Part shown: positions 1 through 9,450 of the stretch, piece after piece | How positions within the stretch are numbered: position 1 is the first letter of the stretch | How the letters are laid out: each line of letters opens with the position of its first letter | NCBI GenBank assembly: GCA_034226945.1 | Contig: CP120459.1 | Span: 744,001-808,000, forward strand | Direction of reading: 5' to 3' | From: Picochlorum sp. SENEW3 | Taxonomy: Eukaryota | DNA length: 64,000 nucleotides | The notes under the pieces: model-generated | Told to the model about the DNA's origin: nothing | Databases searched by the model: none | The model's input: only the letters and a program-made list of their open reading frames with translations | Position numbers and translations under genes: made by a program

Positions 1-80
1 CCTGGAGTCCTCACAATTCTCTGCTTATTCGACTTGGTCGCGTAGCTATGCCTACGGCGATAGGTCAGTCTCTGAACCAT
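1..80 (-). CDS. RPL34: 60S ribosomal protein L34 (eL34), first coding exon; gene runs off the window start
   Basis: Minus strand from ATG at 80 reads [27 protein letters not shown], the conserved eL34 N-terminus. A probable 5'-UTR intron spans ~110-462 (GTTCGC...ATGCAG), with TATAAAAG near 514. Confidence 0.95.
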   Translation of the reverse strand, partial: MVQRLTYRRRHSYATKSNKQRIVRTP

Positions 81-146
81 GGTGCTCTCTGTATCCTCTC
101 AATATATACCTGCATAGACACATATAGTGTTATTTATAATTATATT

Positions 147-284
147 GGCATCAGATCGGCGCCTATTCATGGGAGGGCAGTATGGCATAGAAGAGGCTAA
201 TGGCGTCGCCGTCACCCCCACGGCTCTTTCCCATACACGCGAGTCCCTTTGGAGTCATGAATGCCTGGATTTCATCAGCATACC
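147..284 (-). ncRNA. Candidate intronic box C/D snoRNA (~138 nt) in the RPL34 5'-UTR intron
   Basis: Minus strand GGTA-TG-CTGATGA (box C, 272-278) ... CTGA (box D, 151-154)-TGCC, with a terminal stem in K-turn spacing and a long internal self-complementary region. It lies in an unusually long intron of a ribosomal protein gene. Confidence 0.6.
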
Positions 285-813
285 TTTATATGTATATATA
301 TTGTTCTATGGAGTGGCATGCGTCGAATATTTTTCTTCTTTCATGATGGACGAATGGGTCCCTTGCTGGCGTCGTCGCCTGCGAGGAGGGAACGGTTCTC
401 CATCCATGGCGATGGGGAGTCTCAATCGATCAATTCACATTGGACAAAGTAATTCGGCGAACCTGTTCTTCTTCTGTTCATTCAGTCTCTGACGATGCCA
501 TCTCGTCTTTTATACACTGGATGGAATCTCATGGTAGTTGGGAAGTCATCTTGATGTTCGTAGGACGTTTGGAGTGGAGGTCGGTGCGTCATACAGACAG
601 GGGGAGGTGAGTGTGCATGACCTTGGTTGGTCAAAATTCTTCTCTCCACTAAGACATACTGCCTCCTTCCGCTACTGATAGTACTAAATAATGGCAGAAT
701 GTATAGGAGATTTGATAAACTAGTCTTTAATAATGACGAGAAATGGACGTGCGTGTCTCGGTGTTTTCTGTTGAAAATTCAACCGAGTGCAGATAGGGTT
801 TGTATCATGGCGT

Positions 814-2967
814 ATGAGTAGAATGGTCAGAAATTTAATAATTAGGACACATGAGAGGGAGAGTTCTGGTGCTGTTGGGAAGAATTCTCCCTCTTCTGTG
901 ATGAATCCAAAGGAATCTTTCATTATCGACGAGACCAGGCGTGTCTCGAATGAGCAAAGGAGGAGGGGTGATTGTCATCGCCGTAGCAGTAGTAGTAGTA
1001 GTAGCTGTTGTGAGGATGCTGCTATAAATGGTGGTGGCTGGGGGAGTTCGTCAGTTGTACGACTGTCGAGTCTGTGTGTTGGGATGTGGAAGAGTAGGAG
1101 ACATGCGTCTCTGTGGATGATTATCGCGCCGAAGCGAGACGCGTTTGTGTTTGTTGTGGAGCATGAAGAGGTGGATATTGGTTCCGGGGTGTTGAGGCAG
1201 CTTGGGGCGGAGAGTCCGTTTGCTTCATCGAAAAAGACGCGTGGGACTCAGTCTGTGATGCGTGGGGTGAAAGATGAAGGACGTGGCGATGGCATGTCAG
1301 TTGCATTCGAAGTGAGATTTGATAGTGTGATGGGAGTTGATTATAGTAATCCTCTTGTTCGGAAAGGGAGGATGGTGGTGGAGGCATGCCATGTTGCGAA
1401 GAAGGAGTTTCCAAGTATGGATGATGTGTTGATGTATTATTATTGCTGTGATGAGGAGAAGCTCGCGACTCGCAAGTGTTCTTGTAGTGTAGATGAAGAG
1501 GAGACGCATTCGTGTCGCGATACGGATGTGGAACGGGATAGTATGCGGAAGAGTTTGTTGTCGTCCATGGATACAGTGGCTGATGATGTGTCCTTTGAAT
1601 TTGATACTGTGTGCGATCCACATGCATACAGAGATACAGTTAATAATAATAATAAAGAAGAAGAAGAGGTACAAAGTGGCAAAACGACTCTTGGGATGGA
1701 GAAGAATGGGACACATTCCATTGTGACGATGGACAAGATGCAAGCACGCGAGGGTTTCAGGAATCCTGCTAACAAAGACGATGTGAAAGAGCGAGTGGTC
1801 GAGGAGTATGATACACCTGTCAAAGTATACTCGTTTCGATCGATTTCTATTGAATGGACTGATGTTCATGTGCCTTGTGCACTGTTGCCAGTGTTTGAAA
1901 AGGACGAGAGGTTGTTGAAAATGTATGAGAGTGGTCTTCCGACATGGGCCAAGCTGCTTCCTGCATATGGCTTCTATTATAGACCATGGTTGAGGTCTTT
2001 GACGTGGATTTTATTTTATTTATTCTCCATATTTTCATTGGCTGTGGGTTTCTGGGACTTGTACAAGACATTGCCTGGGTTGCAAGAAATGCTTGCCAAG
2101 GTTGTAGGCTCGTTGTGGTTGCCACCGACAGCGGTACTGCAGTGGATCGAGGAGCACGCTCAGATCCGATTGTCTATTCTTTTGACATATCTGTTTGGGA
2201 AGAGTGAGATATTTTTATTCGTGATGAAACATGCTGGACCTTGGTGGAGGAGTGTGTGTGCATTGGTGGAACCTTTGTACGGTAGTACCATGGGTCCTAT
2301 ACTGCTATTTGTGAAAGTTACTGGATTTCAGGTGGTTCAGTTGACATATAGTGTTGCGAACAGTACGGTAGTTCCTGTCGCAGTATTCCTTAGAAATGCA
2401 TGTGGAGTGGTTTTGACCCCACTGTTGTTGCTATGGCGATTGGCAAAGCAGTCATGGTCTGCATTATCGCTCATATGTGCTACATTCTTTTCTTCTGGAT
2501 CGGGGCCAACGGCGGTCACAGGTGGCTGGCTGTTTTGGGCATTGCCTGCAGAGGCTGTGCGGGCATCATTGGTTCGATCTCTCCGGGCTTTAAATGCTGT
2601 GTGGAAGTTTACAGTCAATGTTTGCAATGGAATATCGAGGCATCGCCTGACCCTTTCGAGACGTTTTCGTCGATGGAGGATTAGATGTACAGATCAGTTG
2701 TCTCGCATTGCCATGATCCTGTTTTGGAAGATTGTCGACTTTTTCATGGGCGTGTATGACTACTTGCCCCGCTCCTCTCCATCCAGGGCTTCGAGTTTTC
2801 AAGAGCATGGGAAGGATTCTTTTGAAGAATCATGTACGCCTCCTCGTACTTCTGTGACGACTGTCGAGCAGTCAAGTCTCTCTTTTTCAAATGCATTTAT
2901 GAGCGAACATGGCCTTCGGCAAAGACAAGCACTGGAAGATACTGCTGAATCAAAGATTAGATCATGA
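814..2967 (+). CDS. Uncharacterised membrane protein
   Basis: Long uninterrupted ORF (first ATG at 814; true start uncertain) with hydrophobic helices after an ESGLPTWA..YYRPW..VGFWDLYK segment. TGTAA follows downstream near 3008. Confidence 0.75.
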   Translation: MSRMVRNLIIRTHERESSGAVGKNSPSSVMNPKESFIIDETRRVSNEQRRRGDCHRRSSSSSSSCCEDAAINGGGWGSSSVVRLSSLCVGMWKSRRHASLWMIIAPKRDAFVFVVEHEEVDIGSGVLRQLGAESPFASSKKTRGTQSVMRGVKDEGRGDGMSVAFEVRFDSVMGVDYSNPLVRKGRMVVEACHVAKKEFPSMDDVLMYYYCCDEEKLATRKCSCSVDEEETHSCRDTDVERDSMRKSLLSSMDTVADDVSFEFDTVCDPHAYRDTVNNNNKEEEEVQSGKTTLGMEKNGTHSIVTMDKMQAREGFRNPANKDDVKERVVEEYDTPVKVYSFRSISIEWTDVHVPCALLPVFEKDERLLKMYESGLPTWAKLLPAYGFYYRPWLRSLTWILFYLFSIFSLAVGFWDLYKTLPGLQEMLAKVVGSLWLPPTAVLQWIEEHAQIRLSILLTYLFGKSEIFLFVMKHAGPWWRSVCALVEPLYGSTMGPILLFVKVTGFQVVQLTYSVANSTVVPVAVFLRNACGVVLTPLLLLWRLAKQSWSALSLICATFFSSGSGPTAVTGGWLFWALPAEAVRASLVRSLRALNAVWKFTVNVCNGISRHRLTLSRRFRRWRIRCTDQLSRIAMILFWKIVDFFMGVYDYLPRSSPSRASSFQEHGKDSFEESCTPPRTSVTTVEQSSLSFSNAFMSEHGLRQRQALEDTAESKIRS

Positions 2968-3367
2968 AATTCCATATGACACCCTTATTCTGCTTTAGCT
3001 TTCGTTATGTAATATCGTGATTGAGTGAAGCATTCTTGACTTCAAGTTCAAAGCTTGAAAGCGTAAAAATTCAAATATTGTCTGACCTTTTTTTGCAGGC
3101 TGAAATGCTTCTGTTTCTTCCCATGGTTTCCAGTCGTACAATAAATTTATATTTGATTATGTACATCTGCTTTGGAGCGACTATTGTGGGTGTGAGCAGC
3201 AAAAAGCGTTCGATACTACAACGCAACAACCAATTGGAACTGTTGTTTACGATCGTGGTCAACTTTTTTGGTCAAAGCCTGGGTGAAATTTGAATTTCAG
3301 TTTGACCGTCCATGGAACGTCCTACTGCAGCAAGAATCTCCCTATGTAATGTAGATTTGTAAATTAT

Positions 3368-4558
3368 ATGAAAAGTATAAATACATTATATCGTGTGTTT
3401 GTGCCAATACGTCGTAGGAGAATAGAGATGAAAGCACTTGCAAGCAGAGAAGGAGGCGCAACCGTGTCGGTCAAGTATGGCCTAGTAATGGGTTGCACAT
3501 GCATCATTCTGCTTCTATTTATGCGAAAAAATCTTTACATGGGTGTACAGGTGGATTATCCTGAAGCGAGTGAGATCCAACGTGTGCCCAAGGTTGGAGG
3601 TCCTCTGAAGTTTGTCCAATATCGCCCCTCCAAAATTGAACAAGAATGGTATGAAAAAAGGTGGGTATATGAGAGAACTCCATCTGAAATCTGCAAAGAT
3701 TTGGGCTACCACACTGAAAAAATGCGTTCTTGGATTTCTTTCTTGGACCATGGGGACCATGACAATGGAGATGACTTTGACAGTGATGTATTTTCTCAAT
3801 TAGTTTTTGAAGACAAGAATGGAAATGAGCATAGAAAGATTATTGAGCCATTGATAGGACATTTTCGCCACCCTTTTGCACTGCCCAACTGTAAGCCAGA
3901 AGGCAATGCAGTACGGACACAAGATAGGTCTTATATTGCTTTTGGTGGAGCCTCCAGAGTGGACGATTCCTTTTACCCAGGAAAACGGTATCTATTTGAT
4001 TTGGGAACTGCAGCGTTTTGGACATCGTTACAGTATTTTATCTCTCGATACTCTGGGCTTGGTATTGAGTTTGACAGCATTTGGGCTTGGGAGGCAGAAC
4101 GAATGCCCAACTACTGGGACTATGTTCCACATGATGTTCAGGGAAAACTTCATTTCTACAATCAGGCCATCTCGTCGGATCTCACTTCCCCATCCCATCC
4201 ATTGAAAATACTCAAAACAGTATACCAACCGGGGGATTTCGTGGTACGTTGGACAGCAGTTATTGTTGGATTATATGCGTATTGCCAATTGATCCTGCTA
4301 CAATTATATACCTCCTCCTTCCTGGTACAGGTTTTAAAGTTAGACATCGACAATACCCCATTAGAAATGTCCATCATGGACGAAGTTGAAAGGGATGACG
4401 CCCTGAGAAATATGATTTCTGATTTTATGTTTGAGCTGCACTACAACTCCGCTGACATGCAGGTACATTTTGGCAGTCCAAATATGTCATATGCTGAGGC
4501 CCTCATGACGCTTCGAAGATTCAGAGAGCTTGGGGTTCCCTTACACTACTGGCCATAA
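3368..4558 (+). CDS. Type II membrane protein with a FkbM-like SAM-dependent methyltransferase domain
   Basis: N-terminal TM helix, YLFDLG motif I, and DFVV|LKLDID restored by removing an in-frame 87-nt intron at 4244-4330 (GTACGT...TACAG). Ends with FELH..HYWP. Confidence 0.7.
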   Translation: MKSINTLYRVFVPIRRRRIEMKALASREGGATVSVKYGLVMGCTCIILLLFMRKNLYMGVQVDYPEASEIQRVPKVGGPLKFVQYRPSKIEQEWYEKRWVYERTPSEICKDLGYHTEKMRSWISFLDHGDHDNGDDFDSDVFSQLVFEDKNGNEHRKIIEPLIGHFRHPFALPNCKPEGNAVRTQDRSYIAFGGASRVDDSFYPGKRYLFDLGTAAFWTSLQYFISRYSGLGIEFDSIWAWEAERMPNYWDYVPHDVQGKLHFYNQAISSDLTSPSHPLKILKTVYQPGDFVVRWTAVIVGLYAYCQLILLQLYTSSFLVQVLKLDIDNTPLEMSIMDEVERDDALRNMISDFMFELHYNSADMQVHFGSPNMSYAEALMTLRRFRELGVPLHYWP

Positions 4559-5327
4559 TCGTCCATGCAAAGGACGTATGAAACAGTAATATTTCTGATA
4601 TGACAGCTCACGCAAGGCTGCAGAGTGAAAGAGGAGGCACCTGTGAATAATAGGCTTAGACCCATGTAGAATGTAAGATAGGATGTGCATCTTCAAAGCA
4701 AAGATACGGCTCAGACTTGAATGCAAGTATCATCTGCAAACACAACCCTCTCGTGAGGTCGAATACCAGTACTACTACTGACATTGTGTGACGAAAGCAG
4801 CACACCAATCTGGACAGCATCTGGTCGAATTACCTCAACGCTTTCCATGTGTACCGAACTACAGAGTCGAATCAGAAAGCTAGGAATTGACACATGATGT
4901 AATATCAGTATAATAACACGACCTCTTCACTTCAATCCGCAACAGCCATCGCGTTGCCAGTGTGTTTGGGTGTGCTTGTGGACGGAGCCGTTTGCGCATC
5001 TCCGCCGGTCCCGGCGCACCCACGGGGCATACAAATCAAAATAGCCCCAAATGGGTCTCTTGCGGCATCTGGCGCCTCCAGTTCTGGGTGCCCAAGGCGC
5101 CCGATGTGTTCCGACCTGGTCGGGGAAGCTGGGGGAGAAGCTGCTGGCGTGCCCCATCCGACAAGGCCCGTGAGCGGCAGGTGGTGGCCTGTCCCGTGCC
5201 AGCCTGGCAAATTCAAATTTTGAATGTCACCGTGGATGGGCGTGGCCCCGTGCACAAACCAATTACCACTTGGATACTTTCAACCGGAAAAGAAATAATC
5301 TTTGAATCTTTTGTGGACAGAGACAGG

Positions 5328-6257
5328 ATGAGACGCTGCGTGAAACGAAGTGTGACACATGTGCTGCACGAGGTGCGTTTTTTGGAAAGTTTCGATGGAG
5401 GGCATGGCATGCGCATCTGCGTGCTCCATATTGTTTGATAAGCATATTGTGATGTTTTGGGCGTGGGTTCGTGGTGGTTTGTGCGGGGCTGGTGTGGTGC
5501 CTTCTCCAGGGTGCAGGCCGTTGGGCAGGGCAGGCTGGGAAGGGGGGAAGAAGGGTTGTTGTTAACCGCGGACGTGCCGGGGTCCCCGACGAGTTGCAGT
5601 TTGAACCCACAGGCTGTATTGGGGTCGCAGACGGCGCCGACTCACGCGACGTGGCTGTTTGTGTTGCAGGATACCACCACCATACCATCAGTGAGGACAA
5701 CAAGGAGGTCGAGCAAGAGGCAGAGGGTTGCCCAAGCCAGCAGCGAGGATTCTGCCCTCACCTCCTCCATTCTGGTGCCCCACAACGGCGACAAGGCAGC
5801 GGCGGATGCGACGACAAGGCAGCACGACATGGAGGCAGCCGAGAAGGCAGTGGTGACAGCCTTGGTGCGGTCCACCTGCCCCCAGAAAGGTGGCTTGCCC
5901 GTGGTGAGCGCAGGCCGCCCAAGGAGGCTGTCTGCCAGGAGGACCAAGTACGAGTTGAGGGAGGAGGAGGACACCAGGATCGCGTCGGCCGAGGAGCAGC
6001 GCTCCCGTCAAGCATGCGCGACTCGCACCGCAGGCAGCGGTGTGAACCATGCCCAGGTGGTGGCAGCAGCAGAGAGCCTGGTGCTGTTGAAGCACACAGT
6101 CCCCTCCAAGCGGGGATCCAAGCGGGGGTCCAAGCCCAGGTCCAAGGTGCCCCAAACAAGCTCCATGTGGTCCAACCTCGACCTCCTGGCGACGGCGGCC
6201 TGCGACATGAGCGGGACCCAACGGGCCACCAGGCGTGGGTTGAGGTCCAGATCATAG
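5328..6257 (+). CDS. GC-rich orphan basic, low-complexity protein (possible transcriptional regulator)
   Basis: Exon 5328-5372 (donor GTGCGT) joins in frame to acceptor TTGCAG|5670 and the long ORF ending at 6257. It contains AAAESLVLL and NLDLLATAA motifs and SKRG repeats. Confidence 0.5.
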
Positions 6258-6629
6258 GCACCTCCCACAGCCCACCACCCTGCCCTACGGTCCTTCTGTG
6301 GTCTTCTGTGGACAAACAGGACAAGATCGAGATGATACACAGTACAGGAGAACATCGAAGGAAGAAGAAATAGAAACTCAACACTGGACCAGGAGAGGAG
6401 ACTAGTCTGATGGAATGATACAGCACTGAAAACTCTTGCACCGTGTGAACATTTGATAGATTTGATAGATTTGATTGATGGGCCGATTTCTTTGGTCTGT
6501 TTGGTTTTAGTTGCTCGTGATGCAATACCGACGTATTGAACACGCATGAATGCTTTACAAAGGTTGAAACCTGTAACAACAACAACAGCAGCAGCAGCAG
6601 GATTACTTGCCAAAATACTGAGCATTGTA

Positions 6630-9232
6630 TCATTGCTTTTTTGCCTTCTTTGACCTCTTGGTCTTTTTCGGTTTTGCATTCTTCTTTTCTTCCATTTCAG
6701 CTTGCAACTCTTGCAATGCCTTTTTATAAATACCTCGAACCCGTTTTTTCTTTTTTTGAACTTTGTCTGCGTGAGGTGGCTGAGATTGACTTGAATGAAT
6801 TTCTTGTTTATCATCATTGTGTTCATTATCTCGTATCAACTCTTTCGTCTTCGATTTCTTCCGTTTTTTCTGTTGAGTAGGGGCAACTACGTCTTCAAGA
6901 ATATGCGATTTAAAAGACTCTCGCTGGATGTCTTGCTGTTCTTCTTCCTCGCCACTTTCCTCCTCTTGGCTGTCCTGTTCGACTGGTTTATTGATGACAT
7001 CATTAGATACCTTCTTCAATTTGCACACAAAAAATCCTGAAATAGTAAGATACGAAATATGTTAATAGAAACGATTTGCGTGGCATTAATTATGTTTAGA
7101 AAAAAAATGGAAACACCAAGCACTCTGTATAAATCCACAGTCTCCTCACAATCATTCAGAAGCAGAACTGACTTATAGGAGTTGTTTCTTCATCGTGCTT
7201 GTATCAATTAGACATGAAAGCATGTGTCAATAAAGTGGTAATCTTTACGTACCGTCCAAATTATGTGCATGGGGATAAAATCTGCGAGCCTCTTGGATGG
7301 ATGGATGGAATCTGAATTCTCTGTACCGAATGAACCCAGGTCTACCAAAATCCAATCCACATGGAACAACTTTCACGTTTCTCTTTCTCAGAGCATATTG
7401 TATCACATTTTCATTTTCCTCCACCATCATGGAGCATGTTGAATATGTCACATACCCACCAGTCTTGGATTTTGCATCGACAAGGTCAATGGCTGAGAGC
7501 AACAATTGCTTCTGCAAATGGGCACACTTCCAAATCTCATCTTGGGATTTCGACGACTTGACTGATGGATCTTTTGATATAACACCGGTTCCAGAGCATG
7601 GAGCATCCAGTAAGACTCTATCAGCAGAAAACTCTCCCAAGACCTTTGGTAGTTGCCTTCCATCATAGTTGCAAATAATAGCATTGGTGACCCCCATCCT
7701 TTGGATATTCGCCTTCAAGGACTTGAGTCTATCTACATTGATTTCATTTGCTATGAGAGTTCCTGTATTCCTCATGAGTGCAGCTAGATAGGTGGTTTTT
7801 CCTCCAGGGGCTGCAGCCATGTCAACCACCTTCTCACCTTCCTGCGGCGCAAGGGTCATCACTGGGAGAAATGATGAGGCGCCTTGAAGCATATAATGTC
7901 CAGCCATATACTCTGGAGTTGCTCCTATGGGAACTTGGGAGTCATATACAACGAGTCCTACTTTCGACCAAGGGCCAATTGGATCCAAACTCACTCCTCT
8001 ATTGATTAAAGATGCTGCCAATTCCCGACGCCTGGATTTGAGAGTATTAACACGAATAGTCACAGGTCGAGGCACTTCACATGCTTCAATCAGCTCCAAC
8101 GCCTCTGCTACAGTAAATAAACTCAGCATGGTTTCTACCATGAAGTCATTATATCCATAGTATGTGCAAATATCGCTTTTGAGTTGAGAAATGTAATCTT
8201 GACGTGATCTTCCAGGTTCTCGCAGTCTTTTAAAATCATCCAAAACCCTCACAATATCTCGAACTCGACGTTGGACCATGGCAAGGTCAGGCGCTGCTAA
8301 CATTTCAGATTCAATTTGCTGACCACTTGGCAGCGTGATGACCTCAACATCTTGGATATTTGTCTCCATTGCATCATCTCTAGCCATGAAAGCTGCCTCT
8401 TCTTCCGCCTCCTCTCTCTCAAGCCTCTCTGCTTCATCTAATTCTCTAGCTTCCCTTTCAATATCCATTTCTTTCTCGTCGCTATCTTCATCGCTATCCT
8501 CCTCTTCCTCACTGCTTTCAGCAGAGGAATCAAAGAGGTCCTGTTTCTGTACTCTTGTGTCCTCCTCCTCTGCATCGTCATCATCGTCGTCATCATCGCT
8601 ATCTTCCTCTCCCTCTTCTTCCTCGTCGTCGCTGCTCTCATCATTTCCCATGTCATGGCTCACACCATCACCCTCCTCTTCACTAGATTCACTACTACCA
8701 ACATCAGAGGATTCCTCCTCCTCCTCCTCACTTGACGATTCAATCTCCTCCTCTTCTCTCTCCTTCTTCTTCGCATTCTTTGATAAAGATTTCGGTGTCA
8801 ACCAACTCCTATTATGGTCCGTAAATCCCCCCTTCTTTGACCTCTGCTTCCCTCCAGGACCCTACACCACAACGGCATACACTCAATCCTCACGATAACT
8901 CCACACCATCTCCCTCAGAAACCCAGAAACATACCTTTTTAACAACTATCGTATCCATCTTCCTTTCAACCGGACTCTTTCCACTACATATAACAAACGC
9001 AACACTCGTGTCACATCGCATGCAAGACATGCTCTCACCCCCAACAGGATACCTTCACATTCCCTCATCCCTTACCACATCCAATGCATTAAGTAATTAG
9101 AATTACATATAAAGAAAATTCCAAAGCAGCATCTCACCTTTTCCTTGTTGCGGCTGCATCCCCTCCTCCATTCTTTTTCAATACGTTCCCATCCCGCTCA
9201 GGAGTGTACCGATTTTTCCTCGTACGAACCAT
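6630..9232 (-). CDS. NOP2: 25S rRNA cytosine-C5 methyltransferase NOP2/NSUN1
   Basis: Motifs DMAAAPGGKT, LLDAPCSG, YSTCS and HNLDG|FFVCKLKK, with an acidic N-terminus. Exons 9232-9138, 8983-8935, 8861-7253 and 7036-6630 splice in frame at GT-AG sites. Confidence 0.95.
7117..7201 (-). ncRNA. Box C/D snoRNA, U38/SNORD38/snR61-like, in the last NOP2 intron
   Basis: Terminal stem CAAGCAC/GTGCTTG, box C ATGAAGA (7187-7193), D' CTGA (7156-7159) and box D CAGA (7124-7127). The guide GTCAGTTCTGCTT is complementary to the conserved LSU rRNA segment AAGCAGAACUGGC. Confidence 0.85.
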
Positions 9233-9450
9233 GTTGAATTATACTCAAATATTAAATGAAAATTTCATCAGTATGGATGCTCAACGTCAACGCCATGCAG
9301 ATGCACAGGGGACAGCAACGTATTTAATTCCGAAAAGTCAGAATAACAAAATTTGATTCTCTTTGAGAACTGATCACTGACCGTATGGGCATACGCGGAA
9401 CCAAATTGAATGCATATTCATATCAAAAATTCTTTTTATTCTTGATTACC

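Noticed and set aside
127..492. 121-aa plus-strand ORF
   Set aside because: It is antisense to the RPL34 5'-UTR intron and snoRNA candidate, starts at a non-ATG codon and has no recognisable motifs.
6451..6478. TTTGATAGA-type short tandem repeat and nearby (AAC)n(AGC)n microsatellite
   Set aside because: Simple low-copy repeats in 3'-UTR-like sequence with no spacers, so not CRISPR or element termini.
5471..6826. Several long overlapping ORFs (300, 291 and 272 aa) in other frames
   Set aside because: Expected from high GC content and stop-poor sequence. Only the frame ending at 6257 has compatible splice sites and protein-like motifs.
8335..8898. Ser-rich 187-aa plus-strand ORF
   Set aside because: Antisense shadow of the acidic (GAG/GAT) NOP2 N-terminus.
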